NCBI RefSeq assembly: GCF_964355755.1
Contig: NC_092675.1
Location: 5,265,812 to 5,329,811 of the forward strand
Reading direction: 5' to 3'
DNA: 64,000 nt
DNA from: Antedon mediterranea
Taxonomy: Eukaryota; Animalia; Echinodermata
Shown: positions 13,531 to 26,800 of the stretch, piece after piece
Layout of the letters: the number at the start of each line of letters is the position of its first letter
How positions within the stretch are numbered: position 1 is the first letter of the stretch
Notes under the pieces: model-generated
Databases searched by the model: none
Told to the model about the DNA's origin: nothing
Seen by the model: the letters and a program-made list of their open reading frames with translations, nothing else
Program-made: the position numbers and the translations under genes

Positions 13531-13691
13531 AAACTCTGTCTACACTATCTAACTACTTTGACAAAAAACGTGTGATGTGCCCTAATATGGTAGTGATATC
13601 CTTAAATATGGTATTGCTATGACATCATCATGTCCATATATGGGCACATCACATTTTTTTGTCACAAAGTTTGATAGTGTGGACAGAGCTT
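13531..13691. mobile_element. MITE family A copy
   Basis: TIRs AAACTCTGTCTACACTATC... / ...GATAGTGTGGACAGAGCTT, TA-rich flanks. Confidence 0.8.
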
Positions 13692-14607
13692 AAGCCATAT
13701 GAAAAATATTTTAAAAAGAGATTCAAACAGGCTCTGTCACAAATACCATGGAAGGGTGAGGAAGAGGAAGACAATACCAGAGAAGAATGTAAATTGCACA
13801 AAGACGAAATGAGTGCGCAAACATTCACAAATCCGTGAAAAATAGCTGGATTTTAATCATTCAGTTTAGTTTGTTTTTTTTTCTTTTAGTGGTAGGCCTA
13901 TGCCTACTTTGCAATTTGGTTTTATTGAAAAGGTATTATTTAGTTATCAGAAGTATGTTATGTTTAGAGCCAATTGTAATCTATTTATTTTGTTGATATA
14001 ATACCAGTCTGGCATTATTTTGTAAAATAGGCCTATCTTCCACATCATTAACTAGGCCTACTAAGTTTATGAAATGCTATCTTATCGTTTTAAATGAATA
14101 CATTTGCAGTATATATCACCGGGCGGTTTAAACATTAATGTTCTCTGCCTGTTGTGTGAATATAATATCATTGATATATGTTTAGCTCGTTGTTTATTGT
14201 TATAACATGAGGTGACATAAGTAGGCCTCCCATCAATTATAATATTTCTCACCGCATCTAATAGTCAGATAAACGATTGTAAACATTGTCATCACTTAAC
14301 TTAAGCATGTACCAGTGACCAACAATCGTTTCCATTATGTTCAGTACTTAGTACTAAACCATGGGATTTGATTATCATTAAGTATAAGTAAATGTGACGT
14401 CAATAAACTATGATTGGTACCGTATGCCATTATAGAATACTTAGAGAAAGAATTATCGTCCTGATTGTTTGATAACGAAAACACCCGCAATTTCATAGAA
14501 AAAATACTATAGGGTATCCCAGTCAAAATAAATTCAATTATTTGTATTACGCATCTAATATACAAGTCAACTTATTAATTTTATTCAATAAGCGTGACAC
14601 ATTTGCA

Positions 14608-14905
14608 AAATTACCATCTCTCCTCGCACTATAGATAAATGACAATCTATCCTCGCATTAAATAATCACCTTCTCTCGTGCAAGCTATTTGTTTGCTATT
14701 TATTGCTATGACCAATCCTGCGCCTTAGTGCTTCTCTCCTCGCACTAATATATAGATGTTCAATTACCTTCTCTCCTCGCACTACATGTTCAATAACAAT
14801 CTATCATCGCAATAGATATACAGTATAGATGTTCAATGACCATCTCTCCTCGCATTAGAAAGATGTCCAATTACCATCTCTCCTCGCATTAGAAAGATGT
14901 TAATC
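14608..14905. repeat. degenerate minisatellite, ~30-38 bp unit
   Basis: Recurrent ACCATCTCTCCTCGCA(C/T)TA...AGATGTTCAAT motif, about 8-9 diverged copies. Confidence 0.75.
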
Positions 14906-15135
14906 GCACTCAATTGAGCGATTAACAAATCGCAAGACAGAGAACCAAATGAAATCGTTTAAATTTTATAAAATGTAGAATAATCCAACCCTGGATTTCT
15001 AGCACTGCCCAAATCTAGATTCCATTTTTAGTTCTGTTCTTGACCTTTCCGAGGGACGAACTAAACAAGAGAAAGTCATTTCCTCTACATATGGTCCTGT
15101 GAAGTGGCTATTTAAGTGAAATACCTCTCCTCTTA

Positions 15136-16140
15136 GGGCCTGTTCAGACCTACGGAGTTATGCTTTCGTATTGTACGCGGCGTACAAGTCCATAGGTCTG
15201 AACCAGGAAAAGATTAGTGGAAGCCACCTCGTACGACACTGATATTTCGTACGCTACGAAAGCTCAAGGTATGAGTTTAGTGGACGTCGCTTACAATGCG
15301 AAAGTCACGCATCGATGAACATGACCTAGGTTAGATATCTAGCCAATCAAATTACAATATTCGCCACATCACATCGTGACATGTGCTCCTCATCGTATAG
15401 CCAAGCTGATCCATTTGTTGTGATCGGTGAACGTGCGAAAAAATCATACCTTTTGTTTGTTGTTACACTAGGTATACAGTATTATTATTATTAATATTAT
15501 TATATTAATTAATTTAAAATGTCATCGAAGCGTGCGCATTGGCGAGAAACCGAAGTAAAATACCTTATTTCATTGTGGGGAAGCCCTGCCTGAGTTTAGA
15601 GATCGGTTGGAAGTGAAAAACTGGCGTAAAAGCACCGGCAACAAGATGTCTGTGTTCAACGAGATGGCGGACACGTTAGCAGATGGGCCATCCTCATAAT
15701 AAAGGAGGATTTAAATTATATCTAAACGAAATTGAAGGGGTCGTCGTATAAAGCGGCGAAAGACCGAGTAAATAAGTCTGGAGCCGGTGCAAGTACGGGA
15801 TTTGAACATTTTTCTGCCATAAATGATATTTTAGGCCTAGACCAAATATAAACCCCAAAACGATCGGCTGGTTGGTATGCCTGACAACCCATCGATAATG
15901 CCGAGCCCAAGTGTTCGGTCTAGGCCTGTAACTCCTACCCCAACCACTACTACTTTTAATAACAACGAAGGTAGGTCTATACGTGCGTTAGAGTTTGGTT
16001 AATCGCCAGCGAGTGACATCATATCCGTTTGTAACGCAACTTCGTTGCAATGAATCTGAACACTTTGCTCTTACGACGCTCATTAAAATATGACCTTGGC
16101 TGTGATACGAAAGCATAACTCCGTAGGTCTGAACATACCC
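15136..16140 (+). mobile_element. non-autonomous PIF/Harbinger transposon with decayed Myb/SANT-like gene
   Basis: ~36-bp TIRs (GGGCCTGTTCAGACCTACGGAGTTATGCTTTCGTAT / ATACGAAAGCATAACTCCGTAGGTCTGAACATACCC) and TTA target duplication at 15133-15135 and 16141-16143. Disrupted ORF from ATG 15519: MSSKRAHWRETEVKYLISLWG...YKAAKDRVNKSGAGASTGFEHFSAINDILG. Confidence 0.85.
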
Positions 16141-17579
16141 TTAGCCTTCACCAAATGGTCATCTATATATTAATATACAAAAGTTGATCCATGGAAAATC
16201 CATTGAGTAACATACCATTTTTACAAAGACCGTCTACGATTGTTTTCCAGCTTTCCACGGGAAATGCGATAACTCGGAGAATCTCTTGCCGATTAATTGG
16301 ATCAGATATCGATATTATAGTAGTTCCAGATCCTTATAAGATTTAGGTCACCACGTGTATGAAAGGGGAGTCTATTTCGGCTATTTTTAATGTGGTTTGT
16401 GTGGTTGTGGCTGAGATTAAATTAGGTAATGATAACCAAATGATGATTATATGTGCATATCGTCTAAATATGTCGTGTTATAAAGGATGAAATTCCACTT
16501 ATTGGGGCGCAATAATTGATATCCTATCAATTCAAGATTCCCAAGTCAATATTTGTGTTCACAGAAACAAGTTAAATATAAAGTACCAATATGTGTTGTG
16601 ATTAAATAACATTGTCAAAAACTAATAATTGAAATGTAATAAAATCTAATCATATAATTTGTTAATAACGTTTAGGCCTATAAAGACAATTGTGAAGTTA
16701 AGGTGAAACCAAACCGTTAAGTTAGAATTAAATTCAGTACGATATTAGGCATACACATTTTATAAAGACACACCACACAACCCACCTACCACTCGCAAAC
16801 TCTTTGACTATTTTTATCTGTAGGCCTATTACTATTTTTGATTTGACTGATGGCTGCGTTTAATGGTTCATAACTTCTAAAAAATATATAAATCACATAA
16901 AACTAGATGTACTAATCAAAATGTTGGCTTACAATGTCGAAACAATTTCTCAACTCGATGTTTTTATTTACAGTAGGCGTATTGTATGTTCAATTTTTGA
17001 CTTATTACGAGTAGGGGGACTATTGCTCTTTAAAAAGATTTTTTTTTTTAAGTTTCTTCATTTTTTGTTTGGCAACACCGTAAAATATACGTAACCGTAA
17101 TACGGTTATGTTGGTTGCTGCTTACTACTATAGAAGTGATCAGTTTGAAGGAACGACTACTTTACTACAATGGGATCAGAGAATCCGACATTCAAAACAA
17201 ACGTCTATTCACCTATTGTGCAATCTTTTATCATGCGATTACCTAATCCTCAATAAAATTCACTGTAATTGTTTTCATTTCATCGGTTTCAAATTTATAA
17301 ATAAAAAAAAAATCTTTATTTCCTAAAATATATGTTGGTTTTTAAACTAAATTATTTCTTATGATGATTCTTTATTATGTTAGAAGAAATTCCAGGGAGC
17401 TTGTGGGTTAGAAAAGACCTGGATTTCCGGGACATGCCGTAGTGATAATCTGTGATGAGATAACGTATTAATATTAGATTAATAGATTGTTGTGTATGAT
17501 ATTATATATGGTACCTATTAATGATTTTGAAACCCTAGGGATAGTTATATAAAAAAAGGCAGGCCATTTCAACCCACTG

Positions 17580-17725
17580 AAATGATTGGACAGTATAAGA
17601 AGCGCCGGTGAGTCAATGGGCCTGGATGTCTAGACTGACTGTCTCGTTTCTTTCGATCGAAATAAAAGAGAGCAATTACATGAATTGCTGGCTATCATGA
17701 TTAATGGCGTCCTGTTGTATAAGCT
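17580..17725 (+). promoter_or_regulatory. candidate pinhead proximal promoter with Smad-type motifs
   Basis: Reverse CCAAT near 17585, TATAAG at 17594 and 17718, AP-1-like TGAGTCA (17609-17615), palindromic SBE GTCTAGAC (17628-17635), GGCGTC-N5-GTAT (17706-17720). Motif inspection only. Confidence 0.35.
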
Positions 17726-17870
17726 TTGATTTTCTGGCATCAAACCACTACCTGATCCCAGTTGTGAAAGATCAGCTAAGTAGAAGCTCCTTGGATTCAG
17801 TTGGAATTATACATATTCTCGATCGTGCTAAACTTTCTGGGACGAAACTTAATTTGTCTGATAACTCATA

Positions 17871-20800
17871 ATGTTTCTGGATCTTTTAAAAGGATTTATT
17901 TGTCTTGGTGTGGTTCTTGTCCAAGTGATGGCTGGTAAGTGATACGGGTATATTTTGTCCATTATAGCATACCAATGAGAAAGTTGTTGTGCAACCTGCA
18001 GCTACTAACTCCTCTGCAACTAAACGAGCAATCCGTCAGTCATGGTTCCCTCATTTAAGAAAATGCGCGGTAATCAAGTTATTGTTGATTTAGTGTGAAT
18101 TAATTATCTCGACATGAAATCAAGATTCACAATCTGGATGCATTTTATTGTACAGTATAATATTAGTTTGCAATGTTTTCATATGATATGAAATGTATTG
18201 AATTGGATTATGACTGGTATGGGATCGAGACCTGGAAACTGTCAATTTTATCTTCATGTCTTTGTTTGCAAACTTACAAAGTGTGTAAGTGCACTCAGCT
18301 CTTTACTTTACAACTCGATTGGTCACCCTAGTAAACATACCAATTACTTCAGTATTCATTTCAAGATGATACCAAACATCTTCATTCCGTCAATCAGTAT
18401 TATCAATGGGATTTCTTCCATTCAAATACCATATGGGTACTACTCATACATTTTAAGCATTTTACGCCAGGAATTTCTCTTGTCGATAGCTTATTTTCAA
18501 GTTTTGGTACTTTGACACAAACACATTCTCTTGTGAACCGGTCCTTAACTTACCGTGTAGCCTATATTTTGTTACAAATGTCGTTGATAAATTGTGTTTT
18601 TACCACAGGCCTAATGACTCTTTGTTGGTGGTACAGGATTTAGGTAGAATTTATTTGGAAAGAACTTGAGGTGTTTACTTTTAAATGTTTACTCGACTGG
18701 CCACAGGTGAACTTTTCGCCTCGTTGAGAGCCGTTTAAACGCCTACGTACCAATCCTAATCTTTATTGAATATGTTTTAATAGCACATCACTATAAAGCG
18801 TACAATAAATAATCGAAATCAGACATTGTATAATATTATTATCAACTAAGATTTATAAAAGAATGTTAATTGAAAATAAATCTCTTAATGACAATCATAT
18901 AAAAAGTAGGACTTTATAGATGTAAAAAAGTAGATTTGGCCTGAACTGCCACAACATGGAATTATTTTGTGCGGTAGAGCAGTGTAGATTCTTTAAACAC
19001 ATAATGGTAACCTATATATACATTTTTATAAAAGAACACACCTCATTCGAATACTGAAAATACCTACAGATTAAGAACAAATTAAGATGATTTAAAGGAA
19101 CATGCACAAATAAGAAAAACCAATTTTTTGGGACTGAAACTCGTAAAATAGAAATGATATGTAACAGCTGAACAAAATGAACGATTTTGTTATAAAAATC
19201 ATTCTTTTCCCATATCACATTTCTCATTAATGTTTATTGAATTTGCGTAGGTATTTAAAAATAACTGTATATTATATGTATATTGATCAAATATTGTTTA
19301 TTTTAAATAGAATTAGGCCTATCCTTAGCCCATTTCTAATATATTTTACAGCTGTGTATGCGGCACCAACGAGTAAAGAAGAATCCATACTACCACACAT
19401 TCCACGCAGTACAGAAAGAATTCGAGAGGGGTTACAAAATGACCCTTCACTCGTTGATCAGATCCCTCGAGTACAAAGCTCCGCATACCCTCCAATCGTC
19501 TTTCCTATGGACGAAGATGAAGAGGGGAAACTTGTTAAGAGAGGGTGCTGTGAACGGACAAGACACGTAGTAGAAGCTGGTTATGGTAGGTCATCTTACA
19601 AAATGTCGTACGAAAAAAAAAAATTACAAGCTTTTTCCCGAAGAACGAAATTTAAAAATATTAATTGTTCAGATTTATAAGAAATATAAGATTTACGATA
19701 TGATGAGCGGTGATGTTGATGTAGTTATATAATACAAAGGATTTTTTATCAATAAATAATAAATACACATTCAACACACTTCGTGTTTAAATGATAATTA
19801 ATTTCTTAAATAATAATTTGAAGTATAGTATATCCTGCAGCTTTTCCTTGCAACGCCAATGTATTGTGCAGGCATGTTTAGAATTACAATTACGAGGGGG
19901 AAATTATTGGTTTTTAAACATATTTTAGTATAATAGGTATGCTTTCATTTTATTCGGTATAGGCCTAGGCCCGACTTGATAGCATCATTCTACTAGAGAA
20001 ATAAGTTTAGTTTTAACATACCGAATTTAAGGTGATTAAATAGACAAAGGGTTGTATCTAATTAGTTAAGATCGATTATTTAAATTATTTAAATAAGAGA
20101 CAAAACACCTCAATTTGAATACAATAACGACACATCCACGTAACTAGGGCTACCTAAATACAAAAAACATAGCTAGTTTAGGCTAATACGAAGGGACTCA
20201 TACTGTATGCGAATTATTGCCTCCTTATCATCATATACATATCATAATAATCCACATCAGATTAAAGGCATGAGTTCTCAATATTGTTGTTGATACATTT
20301 TCACAGCTGCCGTACACCTGACAAAATAATGTATTTTTATCCCCTTGAAATTTGGTTGTAGACATTAAAGCTACAGAAATACTAGGCCTAGACAAATTTT
20401 GTCAATTTTTTTGCATTTAAAGCCATACATACAAATATCACATACAAACTGACCATAAACCTATTAAATATTAATACAAATAATAAAAAAACAAACTATT
20501 ATTATCTATTTCATAGACAATTCTCTTTTTCAAAACTGTGTATAAAATAATTAAAAATAAATTTTATTTTAAGTTAACTTATCAATTAATTTCAGATGAC
20601 AGGAGACGACGTATAGGTATTGATGTTGGAAAATGTCGAAAAGTATCAAAAAATTCCGATGAACGAAATCGTTTGCTACCGGAAGAAAAACATCAGGTAA
20701 TTTTATTTTTAATACTGTATAGGCCTAATAATATAAGTGGAAGATATCTTTACAAAAAACTGTTTCATTAAGAAAAGGTCTTTGGATGGCCGGTGGCGTT

Positions 20801-23800
20801 TCTGCATTTATAAAATCCTAAACATTATGATATTGTTTTTCACTTTTCACTACCAAACAAACTTTTAAATCAAGGTCAGTTTTACTTTATCGAATTTAAT
20901 AGTCATCTAATATCTAATTGCTTCCTTCATTGTGCTAACAATACTCGTGTAATAGTATTAACGTGTGTTTCGGAATATAAAGTTAATTTAAACGTCGTAT
21001 TTTGTAAACTAATACTGCTACTTTTGTAAAATAAAAAGTATGAGTAATTTATATTATAGAAAAAATTATTATTCTTGTAATTTGTATTTTTTGAATATAT
21101 TTATGATTAAAATCTCTATATTCAATGAAAATTAACTTAAACTTTAAATACAACATATAAACACTGTCTACGACCAACGGTGTTTATTCACCGGAGACGG
21201 CCTCCTACGGCTCGATTTTCTGTAAATCTCGTCTACATCTAAGCTAATAATACGAAGTGTGGTGTATGCTAAAAAAGTTCCGCAAACTATAGTAAAAAAA
21301 AATTGTCTAATGTAGGCATTCGTCAGCTGGCCCAACATGTAATCTTTAAAACATTATAACATTCTTCCTTTTTTTATAGACTTTCATGTTTCGAGACAAT
21401 ATTTCAGAAATTCTATAACTTTAATTGAATAATCTTAATTAGTTTCGTAATGGGATGATGCAGTTTAATCGAAATTTTGAACTTTGGGAGCCATTTTGCC
21501 ACCATAGTTTGGTTAACAATTTGTCTACACTTCAAATCAAACTTTATGTAATGTGCCCATAGCCTATATATGGACATGATGATATCATATCACTAACATT
21601 TTTATTTATTTCGGCACATCACACTTTTTTGTCACATCAAGTGTGATAGCTGTGTAGACAGAACTTAAGATACATCACTAGCTTAGTATAGTAGACAGGC
21701 TTACCAAACCAGCCCTTGCGCCGTCGCCGCGAAATAAATATCGTTTGATCCTACAGTGTTGATCAGTTATACTTAATTTTATCTTGGCTAGTTTAATTTA
21801 ACCTGATTGAAAAATGTAACAATACCTTTAAATAAAGATACTTAAAAATGATTATCCTGCTATTTTATCTTATTTAACACTTCATGGAAAGTTATTCAGT
21901 TGGATTACAGATTGAAAAAGGATCTAAATGCTTTCTATTATACCAAAGTTAACATTGTGGCATTAGCCGACATACGTCTCGAGGTTTTTTATTTCTATAG
22001 TCGAATGCGGGTGAAGTCCAATTGTCCATTTGTCCAAATTGCCTTCTCGTTGTCCACATCGATTTAATAGCGCGAATATCTGCCGCCTTGCTACTTCCAT
22101 CACTGACGCCAACTAAAAAGTTTTCTTGTACGTGGTGGCGCTCTTTAATAACAGAAAATGCTGTCATTGATTTATTTGATTTCTGTTAACGGTTAACAAA
22201 AATAAAACCGCAATATGAATTCGTTATCAATTGCATTAAACTTTGCTATACACTACATGTGAAAAGAAGTTTTTTTTAAATAGCTTGCGTTTGACTTCTG
22301 TCAAGAGAATCTAAAAAAATGTGAAAATGCAAAAATATTCAGACATAAAATTAAGTTTAATTTGTAAACATTTTTATTTTGTTTTATGTTTTGTTGGGTC
22401 TTTTTGAGACAGGCCTTGGCCTCTAAGTCGGATTCTAATCAATGATATCTGTATTTGTTTATATTGTTTACATTGTTTAAGTTTTAATTAATTGAATAAA
22501 TATGAAATGAAAATGAAATGAAAAGTTAGTCTGTACAAAATTACAATAAACTGAATAATTAAAATAGAACAATCAATATATAAATACTTAATCGTTTATG
22601 AAAATACCAGGGTTCACTCTTCACTGAAAATACCAGGGTTCACTCTTCACTGAAAATACCAGGGTTCACTCTTCACTGAAAATACCAGGGTTCACTCGTC
22701 ACTGAAAATACCAGGGTTCACTCTTCACTGAAAATACCAGGGTTCACTCTTCACTGAAAATACCAGGGTTCACTCTTCACTGAAAATACCAGGGTTCACT
22801 CTTCACTGAAAATACCAGGGTTCACTCTTCACTGAAAATACCAGGGTTCACTCTTCACTGAAAATACCAGGGTTCACTCTTCACTGAAAATACCAATGCT
22901 TTATTTTAATAATGAATTCTATTCCAAAAATTTTAAAATTAAAACTATATACACTACTTTTTTTATAATACACTGTTTTTAACTGTGGTGCTTCTAATTA
23001 GGAGACAATGTCAAATCAAAGTTTTATATTAGAGACTCTTAGAGTCTCTCTTTTTAAAAACTAAACAATGTTACAATAGCAATTTGCCGTTAATATTGTG
23101 AAGACAAAAATATTATTTCGGTGAAAAATAAGTATAATAATTTAACTTGTATTGCATGATTAGTGTTTGTTTTTATAACTTTTTCTTGTACTTTAGCAAA
23201 TACATGTTAATAAATTCCATGTTAATGAAAAAGCAAACTAGTTTCATTGACACATCATATCACTTCAGTGTATTTAAACACCTTTCAAGATACCTATTCA
23301 TGTTATATTAATGGTATTCATCAATTCTCTTATTTGACAAACTCGCAAACGTGCACCTGCAGTCCACTGAGCACCTTTGACTGACTGATACCGTAACAAA
23401 ACATGTATTGTAAGTGAAGAAAATTAGGTAAACCCTGGCATTCTTCTACATAGTAAATAATTCGTTGCAGGTGAGTCAATAATAAGTGTGAAAAGATGAA
23501 GAACAATTGTCGGTATGGGATGGGAACTATAAGCCGTAATTGTTGCTAAGCCATTAAATAATACTAATGAATCGCTATAGACGAAGCAGACAATAGGCAA
23601 CATACCGTCACTTTTGTTTTGAAACCCAGCTAAACAAACGTTGTGAAAAGAATGAGGCCACCTGCAAAACGTATGGAAACTCTAAACAAGTGCTTGTTCG
23701 TAGAAATTGGCCTGTCGATTATCATCATTATTATTGACGCTAACTTGCCTGCCATGAATGAAAACTAACAAATGAAAATGTGTGAACTATTTTAAAACGG

Positions 23801-26800
23801 GATAGATGATAATGATGATCCTGTCAAGTGTATAACAAAATATACGAAAATTAATGAAAAAAGGAGTAATACAGAATTCATATATGTAAAAATGTTACTT
23901 ATGAACTGTAACGACATTTACAAGTTAAATAATACGATTTTATGTAATATGAGATAATATGAATGTGAATAAAAGTGGTGTTTGCGCCACAAAAGAGAAA
24001 AAAAAAACTTGCCTGCCATGATCTTAAATAACAACATCATATGCTGCTTGTATCGGTGTAAAATGCTGCTTGTATTGGTGTAAAATATCTCTTACATTCA
24101 ATGAAATTAACATCACTCAATTTAAAATTATCTTTAATTACTTTTAAAAAAATCTGTAAAACGTTTACCTATTAGCCATTTAAACAACTTATTTTTGTTG
24201 TGCTCAATATTTTATCTCTTTCGTTTTTTGACTTATTTTATTGTGTATTGTATAGTATTTATTTTTATGTATTTTGCCTATTTATATTGTAGGAGGCCTC
24301 ATGAGACAAGCTATTGCTTCTAGTGCGGGCCCCAGTTGTTGTCAAATAACTGAATAAATGTGTATGAATGAATAGATGCCATCTCCCTGACGAAAACATA
24401 GGTATAGGCTAAAGGGATACTGTGTGTGTATTTTTAAAGTTTATTCAGTACCTATAAACAGCAATAAGTATTAAACTCTTTCACATATGCTTTATCGTAC
24501 GGAGCCTATACTACTCACTACGTTCGTTGAAGCTGTATTACTTAATCGATTTTTAATCGAGAGGTGATTTATGTTACTTAACAATTATTTAAGAAATAAT
24601 GCTAAAGTGCTTATACAAGTGCAAAAATGTGGGCGAAATATTTCAAGTTTAAATGTTAAGAGACTTTTAATAAATCCAAAACAGCTACATAATTCTGATT
24701 TCTTTATTGTCTTTTGTTTTCGTATTTGATGGAGTAGTTAACGGAGCCAAAATATTAGCAGGCATTTAGAGATGTACTTAGAAGCATTGTTCTAAAGATC
24801 AATGACATATCTTCCAATTGTTTTAAAAAATATCCATACTATTTCAGGTCAATGTACAATAAGCTATGAAATATTGGAATTCGTGAAGTTTTGTTTAGGA
24901 TTAAGAAAACCTAGATTTTATAAAGCTTTTCGTAGTGATTACTTACTGATTTCTTTCCAATATTGTTGATAAATTAATGTTTGTTTTTCTAAAGTTAAAA
25001 TGCCTATTCCCAGGAACATCATATTAATTTAGACGGCTTTTATTGAGTTTTGTGACAGAAAACAATAATTCTGGAAAAAAAAACACACGAGAATGGGATT
25101 GTAAAGTGAGTGAATGAATCCAAATGACTGGGTTCAAATCTTATTGATCATTGTAGCTGTATTTTGATCTGAATTTATCATATTATTTATTTATATTTCA
25201 GTGTATGCAATGCCCTGAGACAAGCGAGTGCGTTGCTTCGGAAATACGTGTACAACGCGTTTACCTCGTGGGAGAACCACAAGTATTTGACGTCGTTCAG
25301 GATTGCGAGTGCGTGCACACGCCACCATCGTGCGAACGTAAATCGCAAATAAAGATGTTTTTTGCGGACACACCTTACGAAACGGAGGTAGATGTCGGAA
25401 TGTGTGCTGGTACTTGTTCTGATGGTATGTTCATACAAAAAACATTCATGGCTTCATAATTCATCGTTAAAATAAAAAGAATTCGCATATACGTCATCAT
25501 CATCATCTTATCATCATCATTATCATCATATATTACTCACAGCGGGATATGTCTATCCTATCTTTATCACGAATAATTTATGTTCATCATAAAACGAAAG
25601 CTTTAATTAGCTGAAAAAATGAGAATAATACTACGTTCATCATCATTTCATCATAACAACACGGCCTTAATGTGACGTTTAGTTACTTACAATAGTATTT
25701 TATAGATATTCACTTTTATTATCCATATTATTATTATGACAACTTGTAAAGTTAAATATTATGAATTTTGGTTTTGTATCAGTTTAATAGTTTTATCGCA
25801 TGGTTCAAAATCTTACATTTATGAAGAATATTGTATGAAAATCACATATTATTATGATTTTGGTGAAAATAAGAACACAATGTGTCATGATCTGGCCTAA
25901 AAGAAGGAGCATGAGATATTCAGATAAAAGTATTAATCCCCTTCGCCTGCCGCCGTACGTATGTCACCACTTGAAAAAGTTTCCTATGACGTACCACACC
26001 ATCTGGTTTTTGCTGCTTCGTGGAACTAACTTTAAACTCGTTCAACTTTCGCCACTTGATGTGAATAGCTTTGCTAATTACTAAAGAAGTAGCTGATCTG
26101 TTAAAAAGAGTTTTTAAGAACCATCTAAATTACCTTTAATTAACATGTTTATAAATTTAAATTATTTATTCGTGGTGTGAAATGTTTACGCCATGAATAA
26201 GAATTTCCAGTAAATATTGCTTTTGAAAATACTGAAATCTGAAAATTAATTTGATTTACTCGTATAAAGAATTTAAACTGTCAATTAAATTAATTTATTC
26301 TTCAAAATTTTCAAATTGGCAACCATCCAATTCAAGGAAATTAATTGGTAACATCTTATATTTTTTGTTCGACTCTTTGTATTAAAGATTAATAAGGTAT
26401 CGATAATTTATCTAACGGTACAATAAGTGTTGTTACATTTTATGGAAGTGTATCTTTGAATATTTTGAATCTAGGCCTAGACTATGCAATTTCTGATAAT
26501 ATACAGTAGGCCTAGATGATTATATGATCGAGTAAGCGCCGCACCCGAATAGGCCTACTTCACTCCTCTGCAATCGATGCGAAATAGCCCAGGCCTATAT
26601 ATTCGAGTGAAGACAATTAATTATAGTGCTGGTTATTAAATATCACTCAGATACATTATTCATTACTAATTATTATTTTATTTCTGTTACCATTCTGAAT
26701 GTTTACAGTATACTAATTCAATATTTGCTTGTTATCATTTTAAGACAATACTTATACAATTTGTTTATTTATATAGGCGATGGACTTGAATGTAAAAGTA

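Noticed and set aside
22599-22895. CRISPR-like array
   Set aside because: Units are contiguous with no unique spacers, no cas genes are present and the context is a eukaryotic intron; it is a minisatellite.
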